Made by a program: the position numbers and the translations under genes. This document shows positions 50,784 through 62,610 of a stretch of DNA of 64,000 bases, piece after piece. A model generated the notes under the pieces. That model ran no database searches. It worked only from the letters and a program-made list of their open reading frames with translations, and was not told where the DNA came from. Numbering within the stretch: the stretch's first letter is position 1; every line of letters starts with the position of its first letter. Source of the DNA: Carcharhinus longimanus. Taxonomy: Eukaryota. Where the stretch lies: contig JASCQW010000128.1 of assembly GCA_030264375.1 (NCBI GenBank), forward strand, positions 15,598,211-15,662,210, read 5' to 3'.

Positions 50784-51350
50784 GGATGAGGACCTGGGGA
50801 AGATGCTCTGCCAGAGAATCTTAACCAGGCCCTTTCAACCCATTCTACCTCCATAATCCCACACATTTCCCATAGCTAATCTATCTAATTTACAGTACAG
50901 AAGAAGCCATTCAGCCAGCAAGACTGCATCAACTTTCTGACAGAGTAGCTCTCTCCCCTGCCCTATCCTTGTAACCCCACACATTTTACATGTCTAATCC
51001 ATCTAATCTACATATCTTGGGACACAAAGGGGGAATTTAGCATGGCCTATCCATCTAACCTACACATCTTTGGAGTGTGGGAGGAAACCGGAGCACCCAG
51101 AGGAAACCCAGGCAAATACGGGGAGAACATGCAATCTCCACACAGACATCTGTGTATTGAAAAGATACAAAACCAAAAATCAAACAAAATTGAGCCAAAC
51201 TCCTGTCCAACGATATACAAGTTAGGTGGATTGGCCATGCTAAACGTGCAGGGGCTGGGGGGCTGAGCTTGGATAAGATGCTGCCTTTCGAAGAGTCAGT
51301 GCAGACTCAATGGGTCAAAGAGTCTCCTTCTACACTGTAGCAATTCTATG
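50784..51350. mobile_element. Cluster of HE1/V-SINE fragments in both orientations
   Basis: Minus copy at about 50890-51148, plus-strand 3' part at about 51220-51350, and short tail pieces at 50784-50890. Confidence 0.75.
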
Positions 51351-52675
51351 GCTTTTGGCACAATAACACTATCCAAAGATCTATTCAAATTGGTGCAAAA
51401 TTTGAAATGATGAAAGAGAGGATCAATGGAGAGAATAGACCTCGGATAAAGCAACAAGTGAAAGAATGATGATAGAACCTGTGCAGAAAGAAAATTTGTC
51501 TATAAAGAGTGGACAGTGAAACTAAAGTAAGGGAAATTCTGAAAAAGTCATTTGCAGGCATGGGAAGGAAGCGCTCTGACAGTGAGTAAATTAGGTGAGT
51601 AAGAGTAAAGAATATGTTCCTCTTTAACCAAAACTTTCTATCTAATTTTGATTCAGACCACCAATAAATTAATAAGGGAGACTCAAGGTTGCAGACCAGG
51701 ACTACGTGTTGGGACCACAATATCTGAGCATTTGTGGACAGCGAGACCATCCCAGAGAGCCAAACCCTGCAGGAGAGGTCTCTGCCTTCAGGCACTCCAG
51801 CGCACAGTCACACACTAGAGACACTCTAAAACATCGACAAGCAGAGGAATTTCTGAATAGGTTTATCCAGAACACGCACAGCCCAGAAGAAAGCACCGTC
51901 CTCAGCAAGGGGATAGTGTGACTGTCAAGTAGCCATGTTGTGAGGACCCATGGGAGGTTGAGAAGGGGGTCCCTTAGCCCCTGGTTATGTCTGGTAGCTA
52001 TGATTTATACTACATGTGAGGTCAAGGGGAAAAACAATAGGGAGGAGAGTCAATGAAGACCAATTAAGGCACTGTGACTCAAAAAGCATGGGCAGAACAC
52101 TAAGTGATAGTGATTGTATAATTAGAGCCATGGATAGAATCCTCTGCAGCACTGCTTCCCAAACCTTTCTCCCCTCATTCTGGGGCTTGACAATTGCTGT
52201 GACCCCCTCAGTGGGAACTATGAGAGCCAATTGTGGGGAGACGTGTAAGAGTGGTGTGGGGAGGACCTCTTAGCGCTGGGGATTGGGAGGGGGAATCTGC
52301 GAAAGCTGGAGTGGGGGTTGCAGGCGTTTAATTTTCATGGATTTTTTTAAAAAAGAATCTTTTCAGTGGGTTTTTGGAGCAGAAATTATGCCTCAAACAT
52401 TATGGTCATTTAGGCCACGATTAAAGCCAGGATTTAAAGGGGCGTCACACGTTGATATTCAGTCAGATCCTCATTGCTGCTTGAAGCTCGCAACTACTAG
52501 TATTCATCTCATGACTCGCCTTTTTTTGGAAGCCCTGCTCTACAGTCACAAATAGGAATCTTGAAGCTAAAGTAAGGAAGATCTCAAGACAGCTGTAGGT
52601 GAATTTGGAAAGGAAGAAGGAGAATCCAGTTGTCATTGTCCACTTCAGAACAATGAGATAGGAAGGAATAAGGGA

Positions 52676-52996
52676 ATCATAGAATCATTACAGAAGAGGC
52701 CTTTCAGCCCATCACCAACTCCATCAACTCTCCGACAGAGTAGCCCTCTCCTCTGACCTATCCCCATAAGCCCACATATTTCCCATGGCTAAGACAGCTA
52801 AACCACACAATTTGGGACATTAATAGGCAATTTAACATGGGCAATCCACCTAACCTGCACATCTTTGGACTGTGGGAGGAAACTGGAGTACCCAGACATG
52901 GGGTGAAACATACAAACTCCACACAGTCACTCAAGGCCAGTATCAAACCCGGGTTCCTGGTACTGTGAGGCAGCAGTGCTAACCACAGTGCCACCG
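52676..52996 (-). mobile_element. HE1/V-SINE
   Basis: Near full-length copy in reverse complement. Confidence 0.85.
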
Positions 52997-53344
52997 AGCC
53001 AGAAGGTTGCGCTGGGGGATCTATCAGAAATTAAATAAAAAGGTTCACTTTGAGGGTAATAACATCTGTACCATTACCAAAGCCATGTGCATATTAATAT
53101 AAAGATAGATTGAAAACTAACATTTGGCTAATACACTTGTTTAGGGAAGAGGGGTTCCTTTTCATGGGGTATTCCTGGCGCAGGCACAAAGTTAAATCAG
53201 TGGGGATAGGCTCTGCCTGAACTGAAAAGGGGTAAACAGGAAGGTGGCAAAGGCATTAAGGCTATGGGAGGAGTCGTCAAGAAATGAAAAAAACCTAGAC
53301 AGAAATAAGAAAGGAGAGCATAGAGCAGGCCAAGTGGAAGGAGC

Positions 53345-53685
53345 ATAAGTCATAGAATCCCAACAGTACAGAAGGAGGCCATTTGACCCATCAAAACTGC
53401 ACCTAATCTCCAACAAAGCATATTCCCAAGGCCCAGCCCCTACACATTTACCCCACTAATTCCCCTAACCTACACATTTTGGGACACTTGTGGGCAATTT
53501 AGCATGGCCAACCCATATAATCTGCCCATTTTTGGAGTATGGGAGGAAACCAGAGCACCCAGAGGAAATCCACGCAGACACGGGGAAAATGTGTAAACTC
53601 CACACAGACAGTGACCTGAGGCTGGAATCGAACCCGAGTCTCTGGCATGTGAGGCAGCAGCGCTAACTACTGTGCCATCGTGCTG
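53345..53685 (-). mobile_element. HE1/V-SINE
   Basis: Near full-length copy in reverse complement with B-box GGGTTCGATTCC. Confidence 0.88.
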
Positions 53686-54830
53686 GCAAAGAATGGCCAG
53701 GAAATAAATCAAGTTCTAGAACAGGAGTGTAAATCGATGGTTAAATATAAAATATAAGATGGGTTGAGAATAGAACTTGGGAAAATAATGTGCGATAATA
53801 TAGACAAGCTTTGACGTAGGACAGCTGTGTGGAACCTTTAACAACGTATTCAACGGAATGTCAGAAAAAATATATTCCAATAATAAACACAGAAAAGCTA
53901 AACATTACTGAGATACCATGAATTAAAAGATACTGGGGGTGTGGGGGAGCAGGTGGAAATGAAGGTAAGGAATGAAACATGGACTAAACTAATGAACAGA
54001 AGGGGAGAGCATAGGGACATTAGGAGAAAAGTCAGAAAGACCATCAGGAAGACAAAGAGGAGAAAGGAAATGAAATGAAATTATCAAGGCACATAAAACA
54101 ATCGGAAGGTATTCTACTGGCACATAAATGAAANNNNNNNNNNNNNNNNNNNNNNNNNNNNNNNNNNNNNNNNNNNNNNNNNNNNNNNNNNNNNNNNNNN
54201 NNNNNNNNNNNNNNNNNNNNNNNNNNNNNNNNNATAAAAGAAGGTTGGGATGGTAACAGGGCCACTAAGGGATAAACAGAATAAAAACACAGGCAACGGT
54301 AGTGAAATAGCGGAAATTTAAATGAATTTAAATAAATTAAATAAATACTTTGCTTTCGTGTTTACCAGGGAGATAGATCAAGTGAACATGATATCAGATG
54401 ATGAGATTAGGAATGATAATAGCTATACTTAAAAAAAGGAAGAGAAGTATTAAACAAGCTAATTAAATCCATAAAGGATAAAACCCTGGTCTGAAGTTAT
54501 TGAATCTGCGTAATTTAAAAGAACTTAAAAGAAGGGGTACTGTTATATGCCTATTTCATAAATCATTAAAGAACGGTGTAACACCAGGGGACAGGTGGGT
54601 AACTAACATTATACTCATTTTTAAGAATAGAGTTAGAACAGATCCAGGGAACTGTGGATAAAATATCTTAATATCAGTTATAGGAGAAATAATGCAATCC
54701 TACTGAAGAAGAAAGTAGAGAAACATCTGGAAATTAAAAATAAAACAAAGAATAGTCAAATTAATTTCAAAGGGAACGCTTTGCTTGACCAACCTCATTG
54801 AATCCTTTGAGCAGGTAACAGGGAAAGTAG

Positions 54831-56385
54831 TGTCAGGAAAACAACAATAATTTTAAGCAAATTTGTATTGGTAAACGTTAGAAATAAGTTATACTCTCCA
54901 CAGTGTTCAATTTAATGTTCCTGTGTCTGGAAGGTAAAACCTATGGTTAGATTCAGATTGGACAAAGGTGTTTGTATATGTGGGGGTTGGTTAAGTTCTG
55001 ACTGTGTTTCTATTGAGCGTAGAGAGGGCTACTGCATGAAGAATACATAGGCCAGCAGAGATGTGTGGGTATTGCTTAGCAACAGGGACCTTGCAAGCGC
55101 AGAGAAGCTTTTAAGTTTTAGTTCAGCTAAGCTGATTACAGTTGAAGATAGGTAGCGAGAGAGAGAAGACAGATCTCCCAGCTCTGCGACAAGCATTTGA
55201 CCTAGGAGGCTAGTCTCCCAACTTTGCTCGAATAAAAGATATACCATGGGCTAATGGTTAATAAAACCAATTCAGAGATCTAAAGAGCAGCTAGTTAAGG
55301 AAACTAGAGAAACCTGAAGCGAAATCCCCGAAAAGTCTGACATTAGAGGTATTAGAATTGAAAACTGTTCAGCACAGAAAAGAAGGATAGAACACCAGAA
55401 AGATTAGAATCCGTCATTAAGGAGGAAATTGCAAGGCATCTTGAAGGGAATTGCTTGATAGAGCAGACGCAGCTCGGTTTCGTTAAAGGGAAGTCGTGTC
55501 TGACAAATTTACTGGAGTTCTATGAGGATGTGTCTAGGGCGGTGGATAGAGNNNNNNNNNNNNNNNNNNNNNNNNNNNNNNNNNNNNNNNNNNNNNNNNN
55601 NNNNNNNNNNNNNNNNNNNNNNNNNNNNNNNNNNNNNNNNNNNNNNNNNNNTGAATGGCGGGGCAGGCTCGAAGGGCCAGATGGCCTACTCCTGCTCCTA
55701 TTTCTTATGTTCTTATGTTCTTATATCCGAAGTGATGTGCAGGTTTGTGAGATTTTACTACAGCCTATGGAACGAATTGAAATCACTATGAAAATCAGTG
55801 GCTGGATCTTGGAGTGTGTGTAAAAGCAGTTAAGACAAAGGAAACTCAAAAGGGAGTGGTGTGAAATCATGGACCGGATTTGCTATTATAAGTAGATAAA
55901 AATTTATTAAAAATTGTCATTTGGAAAATGTGGACTGGATTTTAGAATGCAAACCACAAAGGGAAAATATAATTATGACAGAAGACCTTAAGGCATGTTT
56001 TTGGAAGTGGAGTTTGGAAACTCATGTAACAATCATCTGGGCGATTCATAGGAGACTTCCACAAAAATTAATTTGGGGTTCTGAGTGGAGAGTGCATTTT
56101 CTGACAGTCATCTTGTGTGCTTAAAAAGGACTTTATGTTAATGAGAACATTGGAGATGAAGATGTACTTTATATTCCAAGTGTATAATTGTTAAACTAAG
56201 GAGGGAGTAGAGGCATATTGTATTATAATCCAAATTTTTCATATTTAATTTTATTTTGTTAAAACTAATCATAGTCCTGTGATTCTGCTCCTCCACATTT
56301 TATTTTGAAAAGTTACAGTCTTGTGAGCCAGGTTTCCATTCTGGGATCTTCCCATCCAACTATAACATCACCTGGGGTGGTAACA
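54831..56385. mobile_element. Solo-LTR-like insertion (TG...CA, 4-bp TSD GTAG) containing a younger CR1 fragment at about 55400-55723
   Basis: Junctions are AAGTAG|TGTCAGG and GGTAACA|GTAGAC. Removing the insert and one GTAG restores the CR1 reading frame VTGKVDEGNTVDVI. Confidence 0.75.
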
Positions 56386-56621
56386 GTAGACGAAGGTAAT
56401 ACGGTAGATGTAATTGATCTATATTCTCAAAAAGCCTTTAATAAAGTGTTACACGACAGGTGAATGAGTAAGGTTCAGGTATGTGCAATCTGGGGACAAG
56501 CAACAGAAGGAAAGCAAAGAGCAAGAGTGAAGAGTAGCGGTTTCAATGGCAGATGTTGGAAAATGCAATCCCACAAGGACATGTGTTGGCATCATTGTTT
56601 GCTCATAACTTATGTGAACAA

Positions 56622-56830
56622 TTTCTTCCCACAGTCCAAAGATGTGCAGGTTAGGTGGATTAACCATGCTAAATTGCCTCTTAGGCTACCAAGTTGTGTA
56701 GGTTAGATGGATGGTAAGTGTGTACAGTTACAGAGATAGGGCAGGGTTGAGGGCCCGAGTAAGATATTTTGTCAGAGAGTCAGCACAGACTCAATGGGCT
56801 GAATGGCTTCTTTTCATTGTAGGGATCCTA
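56622..56830 (+). mobile_element. HE1/V-SINE 3' half
   Basis: CCCACAGTCCAAAGATGTGCAGGTTAGGTGGATT...GACTCAATGGGCTGAATGG. Confidence 0.8.
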
Positions 56831-57342
56831 CGATCAACCTATTTTCCTCTTTCAGATGCTAACGGGTCAACCATACATTTCCAGAATGTTCCACGTTTCT
56901 TTTACTTCTACAAGACACACAATCATAATTGCACGAGAAGTGCTGTACCATATTGACAGCACAACACCATTTAACAAGGGAGAGAATTAGAGAAATATGT
57001 TATCTTCAGCAATTTTGAAAACAGCCTATGCTGGTTGAAGAAATCTACGACTGCCGCCAAATAGATATTAGGCTTGGCTCCAGAATTAATTATGTTTTCA
57101 GTTTGAAGCCAATCAACATTTAACGTTTGACTGACTGCAGAACACAATACTGTATTTTTCACTTGGTGACTTGCCCTTTCGCTGTAATAATTGGAGCTAA
57201 GTAGTTAATTATGTCCCAGATCCACATGTGATTTATTACTTTGAGAGAGAAGAAAGATTTGCATTTCTATAGTGCCCTTCACAACTTTGCATCTTACAGC
57301 CAATGAAATACTTTTGAAGTATAGTCACTGCTGTAACATAGG

Positions 57343-59115
57343 GTACTGCAAAGGCAATGGGCACTGACAATATTCCCGTAATAATACTGAAGGCTTGTGC
57401 CATGCCCCTAGCCAAGTATAGCTACAAGACTGCCATCTACACAACAATGTGAAAAATCACGCAGATATTTTGCAGTCAATGACCACCCTATCAGTCTACT
57501 GTATCGTCAGCAAGGTGATAAAAGGTGCCGTCATCAGCGCTTATGAAGCAGCACTTACTCAGCAATAACATGCTCAATGACACTCAGTTTGGGTTCTGCC
57601 AGTTCCACTCGGTTCCTGACCTCATTACAAACTTTGTCCAAACATACTGAACTCAGGGGGCGAGGCGAGAGTGACCTCAAGGCAGCGTTTGGTCCAGTAT
57701 GGCATCAAGGAGCCCTTGCAAAATTGGAATCAATGGCTATCATGGGAAAACTTTCCACTGGCTGGAGCCATACCTAGATGAAGGAAGATCGCTGTGGCTG
57801 TTGGAGTTTAATCATCTCAGTCCTGGGCCCAGCCATCTTCAGCTGTTTCATTAATGACCTCCCCTCCATCATAACGGGCAGCATGGTAGCACAAATGGAT
57901 GGCACATACCTGAGCAATTTTCCACATTGTCAGCGAGATTCCAGTGTTGTAGCTGTACTGTAACTGCTTGGCTTAGGGGTGCAGCAAGTTTTGGTGTGCA
58001 AGTTGTTAGCACTGGTGCCTCACAGCACCAGTTACCCGGGTTCAATTCTTGGGTGACTGTGTGAAGCTTGCACATTCTTCCCATTCCTCCAGGTGCTCCA
58101 GTTTCCTCCAACAGTCCAAAGATATGAAGGTTAGTTGGATTGGCCATGCAATATTGCCCCAAAAATGTATAGGCCAGGTGGATTAGCTGTGGTAAATGTG
58201 CAGGATTACAGGGATAAGCTGGTGTAAGCAAGTTGATGCAGACCCAATGGGCTGAATGGCCTCTTTTGCACTGTGGGGATACTATAAGATCAGAAGTGGG
58301 GATACTTAAGGTTGCATGCACATTGTTCAATACTGCTCACAATGTCTCAGATGCTGAAGCAGTCCATATCCATAAGCAGCAAACCCTGGATGATATCCAG
58401 GCTTGGATTGATAAATGGCAAATAACATTTGCATCATACAAGTGCCAGGCAATGACCATCTCCAACAGAGAATCTAACCTTCTTTCCTTGACAGTCAATG
58501 GCATTATGATTGCATTATTATTAACTTCCTCAGAGTTACCATTGACTAGATATAAAATTGGACCACCATATATTTATACAGTGGCTACAAAAACAGGTCA
58601 GAAGCTGAAAACTCTGTAGAGAATAACTCACCGAGTGACACCATGAAGTCTGTCCATCATTTACAAGGCACAAGTCAGGAGTGTGATAGAATACTCACCA
58701 GTTGCCTCAATGAGTGCTACTCAAACAACACTCAAGAAATTCCACATCATCCAAGACAAAACAGTCTGCTTGATAGGCATCCCATCCACCACCACCTTAA
58801 ACATTCACTCCCTCCACCATCAATGCAAAGTGGCAGGTATTTGTACTATCTACAAGATGCACTGCAGCAACTCACCAGAGCTCATTTGAAAGCACCTTCC
58901 AAACCTGCATTCTCTACTACCTAGGACAAGAGCAGCAGATGTATGGGAGCACCATCACCTGGGGCTTCCCCTCCAAGTCACTCATCATCCTGACTTGAAA
59001 ATACATCATTATTCCATCACTATCACTGGGTCAAAATCCTGGAACTCCCTTCCCAACGAGACTGTGCTGTCTTGGTCAATGATGCCTTCATTCCAGGAAT
59101 GAATTTTTAAAAAGT
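57343..59115 (+). mobile_element. CR1-clade LINE 3' portion (RT remnant)
   Basis: DLKAAFGPVWHQGALAKLESM, LGPAIFSCFINDLPSII|RSEVG, DIQAWIDKWQITF and EYSPVASMSATQTTLKK. Confidence 0.85.
57876..58283 (+). mobile_element. HE1/V-SINE inserted in the LINE, itself interrupted by an inverted LINE fragment (about 57893-58000)
   Basis: Head GGGCAGCATGGTAGCACA resumes as GTTGTTAGCACTGGTGCCTCAC. Flanked by ATAA on both sides. Confidence 0.75.
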
Positions 59116-60727
59116 CGAAACATTACAGCCAATTTGCACACAGCAAGCTTCCACAGACAGTAATGTGATAATGACCAGATCATTTATTTTTAGTTGCTGG
59201 CTGAGGGTCAATTATTGACCTGGAAACAAAGAAGGACTCACTCCTGATCTTTGAAATAGTGTCATGGGATCCTTTCCGTAAGAGGGCAGTGAGTCTGTAA
59301 ATCAAAACCTCTAATAGTACAGCACTCCATGGGGCATAAACACAAATTATATGATTANNNNNNNNNNNNNNNNNNNNNNNNNNNNNNNNNNNNNNNNNNN
59401 NNNNNNNNNNNNNNNNNNNNNNNNNNNNNNNNNNNNNNNNNNNNNNNNNNNNNNNNNAACATACATGCCAACAATGAGTGACCTAGATATCAGGGCAATA
59501 TGCTTAAGATGCTGGAGTGGTACTCAAACACACTTGGACTTTCCAATTCAGATGTGAGAGAGGGACCACTGAACCATGGCTGAGACCATTCCAACTCCCA
59601 ATGTTTAGTTCAACTTGTGTGAAATGGGAAAAGTACACAAGAGATCATAGTTTTAATTCTAATGATCCAGTTGAGCTTCAGTAACTGAGCTTAAATAATT
59701 TAGAATTTTGCTATCTGGTTATGAACATCAAGGACATTCAGTTGGAATACAGCTATCTCCTTGCCTCTTCTCTGCCCAACTCAACTGTAATCCAAGTGAA
59801 CATTCATGCTTCTATCAGATATGCACATCAAGATTCAATTTAAGCAAAGTTGGGTGTTTTGTAACACACAAAAAGACTATTAACATACTTTCAGAATAAA
59901 CTACAAGCTTATGTAGTGCACTGCAATGGAATAGAAAGTGTAATTCGCATTGTTGAGTGGAAATCAATATTATGTAATCTTAGCAGAGGATATGTATGGG
60001 ACTGACAAAAATGTATGTTCAATCACTGGGAAGTCTAAATAAATAGAAGATAATCACTAATAAATCCCAAAAGGAAATTCAGGAGAAAACATTTTCACCT
60101 AGAGAGTGGTTGGCATGTGAAACCTGCTACCTCAGTAGTTGAGAAAACTAGCATAGATTAAAGGAAAGTTGGACAAACATATCATTTGGGCCAAATAGCC
60201 CATTTCTGTGCTATGCAAATTTGATGTAAATTCTATGTAAATGTTATGCTCTGTGGAAATTGATTAGGTCAGTAGGCTGAGTAGATATATTCAGAGAGAA
60301 CTGAAGGCAGGAGCTATTTCACATGGAATAATTTTCTAAGAATGCATTGACGGCAAGGAACCTTGGCCACTGCCAATTGACAGAAAATTGTGGAAATTGC
60401 TTTAGAATTTTACTTTATAAGTAAAATCCCATAAGGGACCTTATCTATAATTTTTTTTGTTCTAAAGTTTTTGCAATGGCAGATTCATAAGGGTACTTAT
60501 GGAACATGACTAATTACAAAAGGTTACATTCTACATTAGTCTAAGCTGAGTTCATTTCAGATCTTTCCTCAGTTCTGCCTCGTTTCAATAATCAGAAAGG
60601 GGTCACTTTCTTCACAAAAGTATTTTTCTATTTTGCAAGGGGGTAGAGACACTTAGATCTCAATTATGTCAGGTACATATTTGACATAATGTATTGTATG
60701 TTCCAGCAGGAACACACAATACATACT

Positions 60728-60831
60728 GGGCAGCACAGTAGCACTGCTGCTTCGCAGCTCCAGGGACCTGGGTTCGATTCCCGCCTCGGGTCACTGTCTG
60801 TGTGGAGTTTGCACATTCTCCTCGTGTCTGC
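60728..60831 (+). mobile_element. HE1/V-SINE 5' part just upstream of the OLFML2B promoter
   Basis: GGGCAGCACAGTAGCACTGCTGC...GGGTTCGATTCCCGCCTCGGGTCACTGTCTGTGTGGAGTTTGCAC, truncated by a gap. Confidence 0.85.
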
Positions 60832-60934
60832 NNNNNNNNNNNNNNNNNNNNNNNNNNNNNNNNNNNNNNNNNNNNNNNNNNNNNNNNNNNNNNNNNNNNN
60901 NNNNNNNNNNNNNNNNNNNNNNNNNNNNNNNTGG

Positions 60935-61186
60935 TGATTATCCTACCCACCTCCCCTCTCCCTCCGCCCGCCCACCACTCAACTCTCCGTGACGGAATCA
61001 AAGCAGTCTCTCTATTTTAATTTTGTGACTGCTGCCTTTTTTTGAGAGGGGGGAGGGGGTAGAGATTGGCGTTCGTTTCCCTGCAGCTTCTTGGCAGCTG
61101 CCACTACACTCGGGAATCCTGCCATCGACTGGACCAGACTTCGGTGAGGACTGAGTGCCGAAAGCTCCCCTCCGCCGACGGCTAAG
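60935..61186 (+). promoter_or_regulatory. Putative OLFML2B promoter / 5' UTR
   Basis: Local CpG and GC enrichment directly upstream of the ATG, with a GC box (CCGCCC near 60964), an AT-rich TATTTTAA near 61013, a G-tract and an inverted CCAAT (ATTGG near 61065). Confidence 0.55.
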
Positions 61187-61363
61187 ATGCTTTGGGGAGC
61201 TGTCTTCATCTTGAGCTTTGCTCTGTGCAGAGGGTTGCCGGTCACCAACATCACCGGGGAAAGTCCCAGGCCGGTGTCAGTTGTTAGGGGGGAAATGAAA
61301 CGTGAAACTGAAGCCAGGGCATCGCCACTTGAAACCGAGAGACAGGACAGCATCCTGACAGAG
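61187..61363 (+). CDS. OLFML2B: OLFML2B coding exon 1 (signal peptide plus N-terminal segment, 59 codons, phase 0)
   Basis: ATG at 61187 gives MLWGAVFILSFALCRG-LPVTNITG...RQDSILTE, a hydrophobic signal peptide followed by an NIT sequon. The exon ends GAG|GTAAAA at 61363/61364 and splices in frame to exon 2. The end DSILTE|LLGD resembles recalled vertebrate OLFML2B ENVLSQ|LLGD. Confidence 0.88.
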
Positions 61364-61991
61364 GTAAAACCAGCACTTTTTTTAGTGGCGGTTTGTTTGG
61401 CGAGCAAAACTAAAACAATTGCAGCTACGTTTTAATACGCGCCTGCATCTTCGACAAAGGAGCTACCGCTCTGTGCTGCTGGATTTCATTAGGAATTACA
61501 TGATCTGTATTATTATTTCAGTCTAAATAAATCTGCTCTTTTTGTGCAAACACATTTCTGGCGTTTAGTTTCCATTTGGCACCATTGCCACTTGCACCGG
61601 TTTTACTTGTAAATCTAATTCTAATTAGTGAAATTGAGACGGATCAGTGTTCAGGAGAAAGGCGAGCACCTCTTGCCCCTTGGAACCCTGACACCTCTTT
61701 TATTTGAATTCAAAGCTGCAAGATATTAATTTGCAAATTTCTAAGTTATCTGACTGTTGTGCGGGAATTTATAACTGCGGCTTTTAGGATAGAGACTTGT
61801 GTCCAACTATGTTTTAGTGCCGCAAGTTACAGAAATGTAACATTTCCAAAGCACCGGGCACTCACTATTTAGTCAGAGCCGACTCTAGATGTTAACACAC
61901 CCTGTCATGACGACAGGTTTGCTGCCCTAGTTAACATGTTTGGCGTTCTCTTTCTCGCACACATTCTGACTTGCTCTTTGCTCGCTTCCAG

Positions 61992-62255
61992 TTGCTAGGG
62001 GATCATGACAAAGTGAAAGCCGTGTCTGAGGGCTCGGATTGCCGCTGTAAATGTGTGCTGACGCCCCTGGGCCGGGACGTCTGTCACCGGATTCAAGAAG
62101 GCACCGTCAGGCCGGACGATTCGTACACAGTGGAGACCATCAGCTCGGGACCCCACTGTAAGTGTACCTGCCTCGCCCCACCCTCGGCTCTCAACCCCTG
62201 CGATGGGCAAATCGCACTGCAGAAGCTCAAGGAAGCGGAAAGCAACAGATTCAAG
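61992..62255 (+). CDS. OLFML2B: OLFML2B coding exon 2 (Cys-rich N-terminal region, 88 codons, phase 0-0)
   Basis: Polypyrimidine tract and CAG acceptor at 61989-61991, donor AAG|GTTGGT. Translation [34 protein letters not shown]...[28 protein letters not shown]...LQKLKEA matches recalled OLFML2B [31 protein letters not shown]...[33 protein letters not shown] better than OLFML2A (VFGDLDQVRMTSEG). Confidence 0.95.
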
Positions 62256-62464
62256 GTTGGTTGCAAGGCTGAATATGTTGCATTGATGAGCAGCAGCCAG
62301 TACAACTTGGGGTCCTGACGGGTGTTTTCATGGAAAAGTATTTGGAAAACTTCGGGAGGGGGCGGGGCCAGAAAAAAAATACATTCATTATAGACAAGCA
62401 AAGATCCATGTGAACGTGCATATTTCATGGAAATGTAAGATTGGCAACTCTGATTGAATAAATT

Positions 62465-62610
62465 CATAGAGTTATAGAATTTTACAGCACAAAGTGAGAT
62501 CCTTCAGTCTATCGTGTTTGTGCAGCCCGTCAAGCACCAATCTATTCTAATCCCACTTTCCAGCACTTGGTCTGTAGCCTTGTATGGTATGGCATTTCAA
62601 GTGCTCATCA
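62465..62610 (-). mobile_element. CR1 3' tail fragment in OLFML2B intron 2
   Basis: TCATAGAGTTATAGAATTTTACAGCAC...ATCCCACTTTCCAGCACTTGGTCTGTAGCC. Confidence 0.65.

Larger units (their letters stand above)
51380..56620 (+). mobile_element. Long decayed CR1 LINE including ORF1 (zinc-finger and SGNH-esterase remnants) and part of ORF2, split by later insertions
   Basis: Collinear remnants: CRRGLCLQALQRTVT / AEEFLNRF (about 51.8 kb), VI.DCIIRAMDRILC (GDS-like, about 52.1 kb), ENPVVIVH (about 52.6 kb), and ORF2 CLTNLIESFEQVTGKV|DEGNTVDVI (54.8 and 56.4 kb). Confidence 0.65.
57245..59332 (-). mobile_element. Deu-domain SINE split into 57245-57342 and 59117-59332 by a LINE insertion
   Basis: Left piece ends GTCACTGCTGTAACATAGG and right piece resumes GAAACATTACAGCCAATTTGCACACAGCAAG. 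The uninterrupted equivalent is seen at about 50185-50235. Confidence 0.7.

Noticed and set aside
60728-60800. tRNA gene (A/B boxes)
   Set aside because: The boxes run straight into the V-domain, so this is a SINE head. The same applies to the other copies.
61971-62318. Standalone 115-aa ORF, or assignment to OLFML2A
   Set aside because: The TTG start lies in the polypyrimidine tract and the ORF reads past the donor, so it is an internal exon. Diagnostic residues (LLGD.DKVKA, PLGRD.C, PSALNPC, LQKL.EA) fit OLFML2B.
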